Shown: positions 1 through 13,550, counted from the stretch's first letter. The stretch: DNA of 64,000 nt from Dictyostelium discoideum (GCA_000004695.1 CM000154.2:1664001-1728000); one strand, 5' to 3'. The notes: generated from the sequence alone by a model not told the origin. A program made the numbers and translations.

Positions 1-316
1 AATGCATTTGATGAAATATTTGCTGATGAATTTGCCAAAGATTGAGAATTTGGTGATTGTAATGGTGAATAACTTAATCCTGATGTTAAAGGATTACTTG
101 GGGGTGGTGGATTATTTAAATTTAATTTATTAATATTATGGTGAATTTGGCTTTGTTGGCCATTATTTATAGGATTACTATTGTTTCCATAGCTACTTAA
201 ACTATTGAAATGTAAACCTGATAAATTATTTTGATTATTTTGATTATGATGTGATAAAATTGGGCTACTCATTTGAGTAACCTTTGAACTATTATTTATT
301 ATATTATTACCGTTGC

Positions 317-400
<84 letters not shown>

Positions 401-642
401 TACTATATTACTATTACTATTACTATTATTATTGTTATTGTTGTTGTTATTATTGTTATTATTATTGCCATTTAAATTACAACCATTGCCGTTGTAAGAT
501 AAATCATCGCTATATGGATTTAAACTATAATTTATATTTTCAGAAAAAAAAGAATGTGTTTCATTTGATACATTATTTATATTTTGATTTATATGATTTA
601 TATGATTATTATTATTATTTTGGTTATTATTATTATTTTGAC

Positions 643-712
<70 letters not shown>

Positions 713-1349
713 TTGGTTATTATTTTGGTTATTATTATTTTGATTTTGGTTGTGAAATGTTGGTACAGGGCTAACAAGAGTGGAAATTTTAATTCCTCTC
801 ATTGTCAAAGGTTTGATAATAGGACTATCATTTGCAAATCTGTCCACTAATATGATATGTAATCCATTTGAAACTTCATGGTAATTATCAAAAATGAACT
901 CCCATATTTTGCTTACTAATTCTGATCTATCACTTTGGAAAACTTTGGAGGAAAAAAAAAAAAAAAAAAAAAAAAGAATTGAGGAAAAAAAAATATTAGA
1001 AAAATGTTTAAAAAATAGAATTGAGGAAAAAAAAGAATATTTAAAACCTACTCTCAAAATATTGGATTCCACCAAATTGTGAAATTTCTTGTTTTATTAT
1101 ATTATAAGTTGATGGGGTAACAGAATTTCCGGCATTCGAAATATCGGAAATAATAGTAAACTGTTTTATGTAACCCAAAGAGTTGGCATAAAACTTTAAC
1201 TGATTTAAAATGTGGGATATGGAATATTGTTGGATTGGTAATGGTGTTTCAAACAAGTTCCAAAAAATTCCAACTTTACCATTTATTAAATTATTGTTAT
1301 TGTTATTTCCATTTATTATATGATTGTTTGAAAATGGATGTTTCATCAT
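1..1349 (-). CDS. Hypothetical Asn/Gln/Ser-rich protein, 5'-partial view (gene runs off the left window edge). Exon 1 is about 1052..1349 (MMKHPFSNN...QYFE). The intron is about 943..1051 (GTAGGT...AG). Exon 2 runs from about 942 towards position 1 through coding (AAT)n tracts.
   Basis: Minus-strand ORFs 1041..1523 and 299..1075 join cleanly through a GTAGGT/AG intron in phase. Codon usage is Dictyostelium-like. An open poly-N/S frame continues from about 270 to position 1. The frame changes N to I inside the (AAT)n tract, which may be a repeat-length error or a true frameshift. No recognisable domain. Confidence 0.4.
300..760. repeat. (ATT)n/(AAT)n trinucleotide microsatellite blocks at 300-470 and 590-750, encoding poly-Asn on the minus strand
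   Basis: Direct reading shows perfect ATT repeats with a few ACT/ATA interruptions. They lie inside the minus-strand ORF. Confidence 0.9.
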
Positions 1350-1663
1350 TATTTTATAAAAAATGTTATTATTATTATTATTATTTTTAAAAGAAAATTT
1401 TTTTTTTTTTTTTATTAGATATAATAAATAAATAAGTGTATTTGTTATATATGGTGGAAGAAGTGTTTTATTTTTTTTTTTTTTTTTTTTGCAAATAATA
1501 TTACGATTTTTGCTGCTTTGCAACTATTTTTTTTTTTTTTACTTTTTTTTAAAAAATGGTTATTGTTTTTTTTTTGGTTGATATTTTGTTTAAAGATATT
1601 TTTTTTTTATTATTTTTATTATTTTTTTTTTTTTTTTTAAAAAAAAAAATTGGGGCTTTTTAT

Positions 1664-1701
<38 letters not shown>

Positions 1702-1984
1702 CCCAAAAGGATTTTTAAAAGGGTTCTTTTTTTTTTTTTTTTTTTTAAAAAAATTTTAAAAAAATTTTTATTATTTCCCTAATTTAAAAAGGGCCAAATC
1801 CTTTCCAATATTTAAAAAATATATGATCGGAAATTTTTAAAAAAATTTTTTTTTTTTTTTTTTTTTTCCTTTGGAAATTTTATGATTAAATTATTTTAAA
1901 TAGATTTTTTATTTTATTAAAAAAAAAAAATTATGGCTATTTTTTTTATTATTATTAATATTTTTTTTTTTTTATTTTTTTTTT

Positions 1985-2075
1985 TATTTTATTTTATTTT
2001 ATTTTATTTTATTTTATTTTATTTTATTTTATTTTATTTTATTTTATTTTATTTTATTTTATTTTATTATTATTA
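1985..2075. repeat. (TTTTA)n pentanucleotide microsatellite
   Basis: About 17 tandem copies of ttttattttatttta are seen directly. Confidence 0.9.
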
Positions 2076-2163
2076 TTATTATTATTATTTTTATTTTATT
2101 TTTTTTTTATATAAATACAGAATATATTAATAATTTATTATTGTTGCAAGGTTTAAAGAAGAC

Positions 2164-2197
<34 letters not shown>

Positions 2198-2222
2198 TGA
2201 TCAAAAAAAAAAAAAAAAAAAA

Positions 2223-2323
2223 ANNNNNNNNNNNNNNNNNNNNNNNNNNNNNNNNNNNNNNNNNNNNNNNNNNNNNNNNNNNNNNNNNNNNNNNNNNNNN
2301 NNNNNNNNNNNNNNNNNNNNNNN
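2223..2323. other. Assembly gap (run of N, about 100 nt) flanked by poly-A
   Basis: Literal n characters. Confidence 0.99.
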
Positions 2324-2474
2324 AAAAAAAAAAAAAAAAAAAAAAATGTGGATGGGAGCTTTAATAAAAAGGAATTGAAAAAAAAAGTTGCGAAAAATTT
2401 AAAAAAAAAAAAAGATCCAAAAAATTAAATAAAAAGTTAGCACCCCTTTTTTTTTGGGGGCTGGGTTAAAATTT

Positions 2475-2520
<46 letters not shown>

Positions 2521-4378
2521 AAAAAAAAACATTTTTGATTTTTATAAAAAAAAAAAAAAAAAAGAAAATAAAAAAAAAAAAATTGATTTTTTAAAAAAAG
2601 AAAATAAAAAAAAAAAAAAGTAGATATTTCAGAAAAAAAAAAAAAAAAAAATTATTTATGGTCTATTTTTAGGCCAATTGGAAATATCTATTGTAATAAT
2701 TACACATTTGCACAAATTAATCGAGATGATCTTTGCATTTTTAAACAAATCGTCCAAATCCTCACTCTTTTTCGATCACCTCTTTTTTAATCACTTTTTC
2801 AATTTATTTTTTTATTTTTTTATATTTTTTTTTTTATTAAATAATTATTTTTTCTCATTTTTTTATTATTCATTTTTTCTAAAAGAAAAAAAAAGAAAAA
2901 TGGATAGAAAAAAAAAAAAAAAAAAGAGAAAATGAATAATATTAAAAAAAATTATAATATATTAAAAAATGAATGGAAAATTTTTTTTACATGTTCTCTT
3001 AATCTGATTTTTTAAATTTGCAATTTTTCGCAAAAACTCACGCATCTTCGTGCAAAAAAAAAAAAAAAAAAAGTTTTGTATAAAGAGAGCGATAAACCCT
3101 GAATTTAAAAAAAATATCTCTAAATTAGTTTAAATAGTCAACTCGGAGAGAATAGGTTTTTTTCGCTCCAATTTTGAAGAAAAATATCTCTTCAAAGTTA
3201 GAATCTTAGATAGCCTGCAATTTTTCGTGCATTCCATCACCAAATCTTTGAAAAAAAAAAAAAAAAAAAGTTTTTAAAAATTTATCGATTTGAAAATCGC
3301 AAATATTTAATTAATTACCAAAAATCCGTTGATGTCATCGATGACCAAAGTTTTTTTTTACCGAGCAACCAATAATAATTGGTAAATAATATTTGCACTG
3401 GTTTTTTTTTTTTTTTTTTTTTTCTTTCTTTTTTTTTGTTTTTAGTTTTTTTTTTTTTTTTTTCTTTCTTTTTTTTTTTTTTTGTTTTTTTAATCTTTTC
3501 ATTTTTCCAAAAAAAAAAAAAAAAAAAAAAAGTGTGAGTAAAAGTGTAAATAAAAGTGAAAATAAAAAGAGAAGAGAAAAATAAAAAAAAAAAAAAAACA
3601 AAAATTAAAAAAAAAACGAAAAATTAAATAGATTTTTATTGTATATGTTTATGAAATTGTTCAGTTGCAAAAAATAAAAACCCTTGTATTTTTAGAAACA
3701 TAAAATATTTTGAGAATCTTAAAAAATCCAATAATGGGGTTTAGAAAAAAAAAAAAAAAAAAAAACAAAATTACCACAATGTAATTAGAGTATTTTTAGC
3801 TTTATTTTTAAGGAGTCCTCCAAAATATCTTTTTTTATCAAAAAAAAAAAAAATTTCCAATAGTCCATTTAAAAAAAAAATTTTAAACGAGTGATTAAAA
3901 ATATTTTTAAACATTGGGGCAACTCAACAATGAAGCCCCTCTCCACTTTTAGAGAAAAAAAAAAAAAATATCTTTTTTTTTTTTTTTTATTTTATTTTAT
4001 TTTATTTTTGTTTTTTTCAAAAAAAAAAAAAAAAAAAATTATTTTATTTTATCATCAACCAAATTATCATAATTCGATATTCTTACGAGGTTTAAACTTT
4101 TTATTTGCCCTATCACACGCTCTAAAACAAAAATGTTTACCAAAAATTGTTACAACCTGGTTACAACATTCTAAATAGAATTGACATTGTTCTTTTGGAA
4201 TTACTAAAGTAATAAAAAAAAAAAAAAAAAAATGAAAAAAAAGTGTTAATTAATTATTTCACCCCACATTTTTCCGCATGTAAAAGTCAATTCAATTACA
4301 CATTAGTTTTTTTTTTTTTTTAAAATGAAAACCAACTGCCAACTTTCGACACTTTTATATGTTTATATTTTTATTTTA

Positions 4379-5008
4379 TTACTTACTATTTAATTTATTT
4401 TCTTTTGTAATTATTTTAAAAGTATTTTCAGTTTCTTGGACGATTATTCCTTTTTGACCAACAAAAGTTGGACATTTTGATTTGGTGACAATGACTATAG
4501 CACCATGTAAATCAGCTTTTAAAATTTTATTTACAAGAGCGGGTCCTTTTTGTTGTTGCATTACATCTTGAATATATTGAGTCCATAATTGGTGTAATGG
4601 TAAATATTGATCGTATATACAATTTTCAGAGGAGATTGAAAAGAATGAGAGTTCTCTTTTCTTTTTTGAACCTAATTTTTTGGTTTTTAATTTCTCTAAA
4701 CGTAATCTCTCTTTTCTTTCTCTTTTAATTTCTTTACTTGTTCCACCATATGATAAAAGTACAAATGGTTTATCTATATTCTCATCAACTATATCTTTCC
4801 TAATACTAGGTTCAATGAATCCAAAACTTTTACCAATAACATCACACTTTTCTTTTGACGCTATAAGTTTATCATTTTTATTTCTATCTGATAATTCTGA
4901 ATTAATCTTTTGAATCTCTTCATAACTTAATTCACCTGTTTTTGTAGTTTGTGTTTTTTTAACTTTATTATTATCATAGTTATTATTCTTTTTTATTATT
5001 TTTTTCAT
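4379..5008 (-). CDS. RNase P/MRP protein subunit Rpp29/Pop4 homolog (single exon, 209 aa)
   Basis: The C-terminal segment KADLHGAIVIVTKSKCPTFVGQKGIIVQETENTFKIITKENKL matches the conserved Rpp29/Pop4 (UPF0086) core. Size is similar to human Rpp29 (220 aa). The N-terminal half is basic and K-rich. Confidence 0.7.
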   Translation of the reverse strand: MKKIIKKNNNYDNNKVKKTQTTKTGELSYEEIQKINSELSDRNKNDKLIASKEKCDVIGKSFGFIEPSIRKDIVDENIDKPFVLLSYGGTSKEIKRERKERLRLEKLKTKKLGSKKKRELSFFSISSENCIYDQYLPLHQLWTQYIQDVMQQQKGPALVNKILKADLHGAIVIVTKSKCPTFVGQKGIIVQETENTFKIITKENKLNSK

Positions 5009-5967
5009 TTTATTAATTATATGTACAAATTTAATTATTATTATTATTTTTTTTTTTTACGAAAATTAAAAATAAAAAAAATCAAGTTGGTTTGTGGGAA
5101 AAAAAAAAAATAAAAAAAAAAAAAAAAAAAAAGTAAAAACATTCAGATTTGGGACTAAAAAAAAAAATATTTTTTCATTTTTTTATCAAAAATTTTTTTT
5201 TTATAATTTAATTATTCCATTTAAATTTTTTTGTAATTGTTTTTTTATTTTTAGGAACAACTGAATATATTAAAAAATAGATTTTTTTATCAAAAAAGAA
5301 AAAAAAAAAAAAAGAAAAACAAAAAAATTGGTTTATTTTTTAAAAAAAACAACACCATGAAATAAATTTTTTTGTTTTTCTTTTTTTTTTTTTGTTTTTT
5401 TTGACAAATTATAAATACAAAATTTTTGATTAAAAAAAAAATTAAAGATAAACCAATTCAACCAAATCAATTTTTTATATAAAAATCAATTTACAAAATC
5501 AAATTCTAAAAATATATAAATTTTTTATTAAATTAAAAAAAAAACAAGAATGATTGAATTAAAATTGATATATTTTATCCCGATAAACTCAATTTCCTGA
5601 ATTAATAATTTACCAATTCCTTGTTTTTGTTATTTTGGGTAATATTCCAATTAGTAAAAATATTTTTATTTAAAGTTGTGATTCTATAATTATCAAATTC
5701 AAATAAAATTCTTTTTTATATATTTTTTTTTTTTTTATTTTTTTTTTTTTTTTATTTTTTTTTTTTTTTTTTTGAAAATTTTTTGTCAATTGAAGTCGCA
5801 AATTATTTTTTTTCGATTTTTTTTCATTTTTTTTTTAAATGATTTAATAATCAAATAATTTATTTGTTTATATTTTATATTTATAAATTTTATATTTATG
5901 TGTAAAACTTGTATATTATTATTATTAAAGAAATTAAAGATATAAAATAAATAAAAATAAAAAGAAA
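5009..5967. promoter_or_regulatory. Divergent AT-rich intergenic and promoter region between the Rpp29 gene (minus) and the nup210-like gene (plus)
   Basis: Two divergently oriented start codons at 5008 and 5968. Homopolymer A/T tracts are typical of Dictyostelium promoters. No specific motif was verified. Confidence 0.4.
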
Positions 5968-8900
5968 ATGATAATAATAAATAAAAATAATGATAAGAAA
6001 TCATTGTTTTTATTATTGGTATCATTGATTTTTGTATTATTTGTATCAAATGTCATAGCAGATACAGATTATGCAATATCACCTGTATCACTTTTATTAC
6101 CATATAGTACATCAAAATATAGAAAACCATATAAATTAGAAGCAAATAAAGGTTGTTTCGAATGGATCAATACAAATCCAGATTTGGTCGAAATCACACC
6201 ACTCTATGAATCAGCAGCATCATGTTCACCATCTTCAAATGATAAACAGCAAAATATTGGAGCACCAGATTTATCACTTTGGGACAATTCACTCAATCAA
6301 CCAAATAAAAAATGTTCAAAAGCTGTTTTAGTATCTGTTAGATCAGGTACTGTTTCCGAAAGAAATTCAGCTTTCATTTATGCAGAAGAACAAGGTATGT
6401 TTTTTTTTTTTTTTTAATTATTATTTCATTATTTTAACTATGCACAAAAATACTTACACTCCTCAATATTATTTCTTTTTTTATTTTTTATTTTTTATTT
6501 TTTTTATTTTAAAAAAGTTACTGGTAAAAAATTACAATGTGAAGTATTTGTTGATAGAATTTCATCAATTGTTATTGAAACAACAACTAAAACAATGTAT
6601 AAGGATGATTTAGAAGAATTACATGTTAGAGCATATGATTCAGTTGGTAATGTATTCTCATCAATCATTGGTTTAGAGTTTGAATGGTCAATTACCTCTG
6701 GTAATATCATTCAAATTGTACCATTTAGAGGATTCCCATTGGATGATGTCGCATTAAAAATGGAACAAGAATCATTGCAAACCTCATTTGTATTAGTTCA
6801 AGGTGTTGATACTGGTCGTACTGAAATCAATACAAAATTAACTGAACCAACCTATAAAGATATTCAACATTCAACAACAATTTCAATTCTTGAACCACTT
6901 CAATTAAATCCATCTTATCTTTTATACGTTATTCCAGGTACTCAAATTCAATATCAATTATTAACAAAGAAAAGAAATATTTTAGAAAGTAAGTTTAAAA
7001 AAAATATTATTAAATTTTATTAATATTTTTATTAATTATTATTATTATTATCATCATCATCATCATCATTATTATTAAAAGATATACCATTACCAAATCC
7101 AAATTATATTTGGTCATCAAGTAATTCAAAAGTTGGTAAAGTTGATAATTCAGGTAATTTTATGGCATTGGATTTAGGTAGAACAGATTTAAAGGTACAA
7201 CATAAGAATATGAGTGATAATAAGGTACAAGCATTTGTAAATGTTGTTCATCCATCTTATTTAGCAATAAAGATTGAGCCATTAAAATCTGGATTAGGTC
7301 CAGTTTCAAATTGGAATTTAATTGAAAATAGAGATTATATCCTCGTCGTTGAACTTTATGATGCATCTGGTCATAAAATTCATAGTTCAGAGATTACATT
7401 TGATTTAAATATTCCAACTGAATATTTTGAACGTTTACCATCTTCTCAAATTCCACCAAATACTCCAAAAAGATCTGATACTTTTTATTTAAAAGCTATT
7501 AAACAAGGTTTAGTTGCATTAAAAGCATCTTTGGTTAAAGTTTATGTAAGTTGTATATTTTATTTTATATTAAATATTATTATGTAAATTAATTTTTTTT
7601 TTTTTATTTTTTTTATTTAAGGATTTAAATTTAAAGAAATATACACAATTATTAAATCCAATTAGTGTTGAACAAGAAGTTACAATTCATTCTCAAATTC
7701 AATTAAGTCCACCAATTGTTTATTTACCATATTTACCAAATCATAGACAATATTCAATGATTAGACCAATAGGTGGATCAGGTGAATATAATTGGTATAC
7801 AAATAACTCTGCAATTGTTACAGTTGACCCAACCGGTGCAATTACAAGTCAAACCAGTAGTGGTCAAACAGAGGTAATCGTTGTAGATAAAAAGAATCCA
7901 CATAATAGAGATAAAGTATTGGTTATTGTTTTACAACCTGATGAAATCATTATCACTCCATCACAAGTTGAAGTTCAAGTTGGTCAAACCTTAAAATTAT
8001 CAACTCAATTATTATCAAAACAATTATCAAAAGGTGTTCATTTCGATAGTTGTAATTTAGATGATTTAGAATGGAGAGTTGATGATTCAAATGCCAACAA
8101 TGATAATAATGGTGGTGGTGGTAGCAATCAAGAGAGATCATTCTCATTATTACCATTACAAAAAACAAATACACCAAAGAAAGAACAACCAGATCTTTGT
8201 TCAACTCGTGAATTTTTAGCTATAAAAGAAGGTTCAAACGTTATTTCAGTATCATATATGGGTATGAGAGCAAAAATTTTAATCTTTGCTTATCCACCAT
8301 TAAAGAGTGATCAAAGTGAAATCTTGTTAACATTGGGTTCAACATTAAATGTTTTCTTTAGTGGTGGTCCAGAACCATGGCATTTGGAAAGAAAGAGTCA
8401 TTTCCAATCAATTGTTTCAAATTTAACCAATGAACAAAATGTACTTTCAATCGTACCAGGTAATGGTAATTCATTCCGTGTCACTTGTCTTACTCATACA
8501 AATCCTTCAAAACCAATTGGTATCGAATTAACCATTGGTAATAAAGTAACCACTACCAATCCATATCCAGCTAGTCCATCAATTACAATTCCATACTCTT
8601 GTCGTCCCCCAGCTTCAATTCAATTACAAGTTGCCAATTTACCAAAAGATCATCAAATTCAAGATTCTTCACATCATCAACAAATACAACAACAAGAACA
8701 ACAACAACAACAACAACAACAGCAATCAACTTGTCAAGATACAATTTTCTCAATTAAAAAACAAAAACAAGGTGAAATTGGTACTTATAAAATTCGTAAT
8801 GATCGTGATATTCCATTTATCGCACAAGTTTTCGATGATAATGGTAAACCATTCACAAACTATAGTTCATTGGTTTTCGATTGGAAATCATCAGATCAAA

Positions 8901-11900
8901 CTCAAGCTAAATGGTTAAGAGATTATAATCAAAATGATCATCTTTCAACTTTATCATTAAGTAAAGAACAAGGTAAAGTTATAATTACAGTTTCAATTCT
9001 TGGTTATGATCAAGAGTTATTAAGACAAAACAAAATTCGTTCTTCAGATTTGGATACAAGTAAATTGGTTTCATCATTAGAACTTCATTTATTATCAAGT
9101 GTTGTTTTATTCCCAGACTATTATACAATGTATTTAAATGATAAAAATCATTTAAAGATTGAAGCAATTGGTGGTAGTAAAAACTTTGCTTTTACCTCAA
9201 ATAATAGTAAGATTGCATCACTTTCTTATCAACCAAATTCTGATTTCGTTACTGTAATTCCAAATCAACAAGGTTATCTTAAAGTTGAAGTTAGAGATAT
9301 TTGTTTAGGTAGTGATAATAATAAAGATCAACAACAACAATATCAACAAAAACAACAAAAACATCAACAACAACAACAATCAAATACATCACCAAGTATT
9401 GTTCAAATTAGTGAAGTACATTCAATTGAATTGGATGTTCAAGATATGGTTCAAGTTGGTGATTCAATTAATTTAATTGTTAAAGGTTTTTCACAAAATG
9501 GTCAACAATTCGATAGTACTCAATATCAATATATGAATATCATTCCACATATTGATAATCCAAATGTTTTATCAATGACTCAATCATCTGATAGCCAAGT
9601 TTTCACATTAAAAGGTTTAGATCAAGGTTTAGTCACTTTATCAGTAACCATTCAAAATCCAAAGACTTCATTCAGTGCCACATCAAAAACCATTCAAATT
9701 CAAGTATTCCCACCATTCCGTGTTTCACCAAGTGTTTTACATTTAGTACCAGGTGGTCATTTCCAAATCCATTGGACTGGTGGAGCACCAATTCGTCAAG
9801 ATGTATCATTTGTCTCATCAGATCCTTCAATTGTAAACTTGAGTGGTCGTGAAGATTTAGTTGGTGAATTGGTTGCATTAAAAGTTGGTGAGGCTACAAT
9901 CAAAGCCATCGCTCAAATCGTCGATCCAATCACTGGTAAAAAAACTATAATTGGAGAAGATAAATTAATGGTTTACGTTAAGAATATGACTGGTATTAGA
10001 ATTCATAGTAGTATTAATAAGATCCTCGTTGGTAATGAAGCCAAATTACGTGTTGTTGGTGCAAATGGTGAAACTCCATTCACATATGGTACCGTTGATT
10101 TATTCTTCAAATGGGAATGTTTAGATAGTAACATTGCAACCTTATTACCAATTTATGAACGTGCCAATACAACCGTTGAAGCCGAAGGTTCATTCAGTGT
10201 TCGTGTAATGGGTAAGAATGCAGGTTCAACCTCTATTACAGTTTGGGCCTATAGTGGTGGTGATAAAACTAAACATTTATTCCAAGCTGCTTCACTTCAA
10301 ATTAATGTAATTCCTGATATTCCAATTCAAACTACATCACTTCTTTTACCATTGAATACACCATCATCATTTATTGTCAATAATCATTTAGACAAGACTG
10401 GTATCGAATTCTACCCATTAATGGATGGTCATGGTAGTTCATCATGTAAGGATGTAATTGACATTGGTGATAATAAGATTGTAAGTTTGGATAAGATTGG
10501 TACTTGTTATGTTAGTGCCGTTAGAGATGGTCGTATGGATACAAGTAAACTCTTTAAGATCAATTCAAAACCATTCTCACATTTAGAATTACTTCCAATC
10601 AATCCAACTTCAACAGTTATTCCAATTGGTGGATCAATGTCATTTGCAATCTATTTACGTGATGATATTGGTGAGGTATTCACAGAGTATGGTTCAAGTG
10701 CTATCTTTAGTAGTGAAGTTAGTAACACTGGTATCATCTCTTCCTCAATCGATGCAAATGTTGTAACCATTAAAGGTATTCGTGCAGGTTTAGTTACTCT
10801 TCATGTCTACCTTAAAGATATGCCACATTTGGATGATTATATCAAGATTTTCGTTGGCCGTTTAGTTGAACCACATCAACCAATTCTTCATGTCGGCTCA
10901 ATGATTACCTTTTCAATTGCCAAAGATCAATTGGAACAAAGAGGTTTCTCCTTACCAAGTTCCGATGAAAAGGTTTGGTCATCCGGTGACCCATCTATTT
11001 TACAAGTTGACCCAATCACTGGTAAAGCAACCGCTATCGCTGCTGGTACAACCACCATTAATTACATTAGAAATCCATCATCTCAAACTCAAGTTGTCAT
11101 ATCTAAAATTGGAAGAATTAAGGTTGACTTTTCCGATCAAATCATTAATAACTCAAAGAAGAGATATGAATACAATTTGAAATTCTTTACTGCTGGCTCT
11201 GACATTGAATTATCTCAAGATTCAACCATTGATCAAAATATTAAAGGTATTTGTACAATTAAAGAATCTACATTTGCAACTGCATTCTTTGAAAAGGTTA
11301 AGGGAAAAGAACAATATCGTTGTGTTGTTCAGCCATCTGGTGTCGCTACCTCTTCAATTGATAAAGTTACTTTGTATGTTGAAGTTTCAAACGCTCATAA
11401 AACTTATCAATATGATACAACCATTAATCTTCCATTCGAATCAACCTTTTCAATTATCAACGTTAGAGATAATAAGATTCAACTTTCACCACGTCAATCC
11501 ACTTTTATCTTGAATATTCAATCATCAAGTCCAATCTTTGTTGAATCATCAGATAATTCATTATTATCAGTACAACAAATTAGTTCAAGTGGTGGTGATG
11601 ATCAATTAAATAATTTATATAAATATGCAATTCAACCAATGAGTGTTTCAACTAGTTTCCAAAATGTTCCATTGTTAATTAGTAGTGCTGATGGTAAGAG
11701 TAAAACAACTGTCACTGTCTCCTATTCAAAGAGTGGTTCAACTACTAGTGATCAAAATACAAGCTATGTTGAATCTTCAACCATTAATTCTCATCCATTC
11801 TTATTCTCTTTCATCATTATCGTTGGCACTCTTTTAATTGGTTTATATGCTTCAAAGAAACATAATGATAAACCAAGAGTTTACATTAATCCAAATTCAA

Positions 11901-12010
11901 ATCTTCAAACAAGTTCAATCTCTTCTCCATATAGAACTCCACCACCACATTCATTCACTTCACCAAATAGATCCACTTATGGTTCTTCAAGTATATATTT
12001 AAATAATTAA
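5968..12010 (+). CDS. Nuclear pore membrane glycoprotein gp210 (Nup210)-like protein, about 1916 aa, 4 exons: 5968..6394, 6518..6988, 7082..7545 and 7622..12010
   Basis: It has an N-terminal signal peptide (MIIINKNNDKKSLFLLLVSLIFVLFVSNVIA). A very long beta-rich luminal region has Ig-like repeats. A single TM helix lies near the C terminus (PFLFSFIIIVGTLLIGLYA), followed by a short tail of about 60 aa. This is the gp210 topology and size. Three introns have GTATGT/GTAAGT donors and AG acceptors, and the phases were checked against ORFs 5968, 6595, 7162 and 7757. Exon lengths sum to 5751 nt (1917 codons including the stop). A poly-Q tract sits at about 8680-8720. Confidence 0.65.
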
Positions 12011-12110
12011 AAAAGAAATTAAATAATAATAATGAAATTAAATAATAATAATAATTAAATAATAATAATAATTAAATAATAATAATATAATAAAAATAAA
12101 TAATAAATAA

Positions 12111-12116
<6 letters not shown>

Positions 12117-12200
<84 letters not shown>
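12117..12200. repeat. (AAT)n microsatellite in the 3' region between convergent genes
   Basis: Perfect aat repeats, read directly. Confidence 0.9.
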
Positions 12201-12204
<4 letters not shown>

Positions 12205-12406
12205 TACAAATAACAATACAAATAACTAATATTTATATAAAGAAAAAAAAAAAGAAAAAAAAAAAAAGAAAAAAAGAAAACTTCAAAAAAAAAATAAAAA
12301 ATTAAATAATTAAAAAAAAAAATTATCTCTTTTATTTATTTGAATTACATGTATTTGTTTTTTTTTTTTTTTTTTTAAAAAAAAAATTTTATATCAAAAA
12401 ATGATA

Positions 12407-13550
12407 TTATTGATATGATTCATAGTTTTTATTATTATTATTAACTAATGAACCAAAGTATAAGGTAATTGTTTTTAATTTTTCGTTAATGTAATTCTCT
12501 TCAATTTCACATAATTCACTACCCCCATTTTCTTTGGAAATTAATGCAAGTTTTGCGATATCAACTTTACTTGTATTCTTTGGTAAAAAATAAACAACAT
12601 TCGGTGTAACCTTAATTGCATTTTTAAATATTTCAAAACTAATAATAAAAAAACAGAAATGAATATTAGTTAATTCCATGAATATTGTTTAGATTTAAAT
12701 GATAGAGATATGTGTGATAATAAAAGATAATTTACCCATTTGGAGTCATTGAATCTAAATGAAAAATTGAAGAGTCTGTATAATTTGGACCACCCCAAGG
12801 TGGTGATAAAAAGATAACATCAGCTTTAAGGTTTGATAAATTCATTGCATCAGAATTTACAAATTCTATATTGGTATTTTCACTACTATGTCCATACACC
12901 CAACTATTATGTTTTGCCATTAATAATTTCATTGGATCCAAATCCACCGATACCACAACATTACATGTGAAACTAAATTGTATTGTATTACCACCAGCAC
13001 CACAAAATAAATCAACCAATGTATTACAACTACATCTTTCCGCAATATGTTGGGCTATTAATTCTGGTGTCACTGAAAACCATGATTCTTGATCCAATAC
13101 AATACCTTCATCAAATTTTGAAAATAATCTATATCTTTGTGAATAATATTTACTCATAATGTCATTATTATTATTTTTAATTAATGTATCAAATTTATTT
13201 TCATTTTCATTTTCTTTTTGTTTTTCTTTTTCATTTTCTTTTTGTTTTCCATTTACATTTTCAACATCCTTAGTTTCACTTTCACTTTCATTTTCATTTT
13301 CTTCTTCTTCCTCATCTAGATTTTCACTTTCATTTTCACTTTCATTTTCACTTTCATTTTCACTTTCATTTTCATTATTTTCTCTACTCTTATTTGCTCT
13401 TTGTTTAATTTTTTCAAATCTTTTCTTTGTTATCTCTAATTTTTTTAATTGTCTCCTAATTCTTTTCTTCTTTACTTTATTAAAGCTTTGAAATTCTGGG
13501 CTATTAATCTTTGATTTTGTATTTTCTATTCTTTTATCCATGACTATCAA
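12407..13550 (-). CDS. Trimethylguanosine synthase (TGS1, RNA cap guanine-N2 methyltransferase) homolog. Two exons: 12736..13550 and 12407..12638. The intron is 12639..12735.
   Basis: The methyltransferase core SWFSVTPELIAQHIAERCSCNTLVDLFCGAGGNTIQFSF...VVSVDLDPMKLLMAKHNSWVYG...KADVIFLSPPWGGPNY has the TGS1/PF09445 signature. It continues after a GTAAAT...AG intron into ...FEIFKNAIKVTPNVVYFLPKN. The N terminus carries an acidic (ENES)n tract. Confidence 0.8.

Noticed and set aside
284-850. Plus-strand ORFs 284..475, 313..774 and 584..850 translating to poly-Y/L/I
   Set aside because: They are alternative-frame readings of the (ATT)n microsatellite. They are low-complexity artefacts antisense to a real coding repeat.
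1556-4178. ORFs 1556..1759, 1933..2130, 2678..2935, 3335..3601, 3393..3584 and 3891..4178 (poly-F/K/L peptides)
   Set aside because: They are translations of poly-T/poly-A and (TTTTA)n tracts next to an assembly gap. There is no start context or coding periodicity.
7953-11513. Short ORFs nested in or antisense to the Nup210-like exon 4 (7953-, 8631+, 8985-, 9672-, 10917+, 11205+)
   Set aside because: They are alternate frames of a long, well-supported coding exon.
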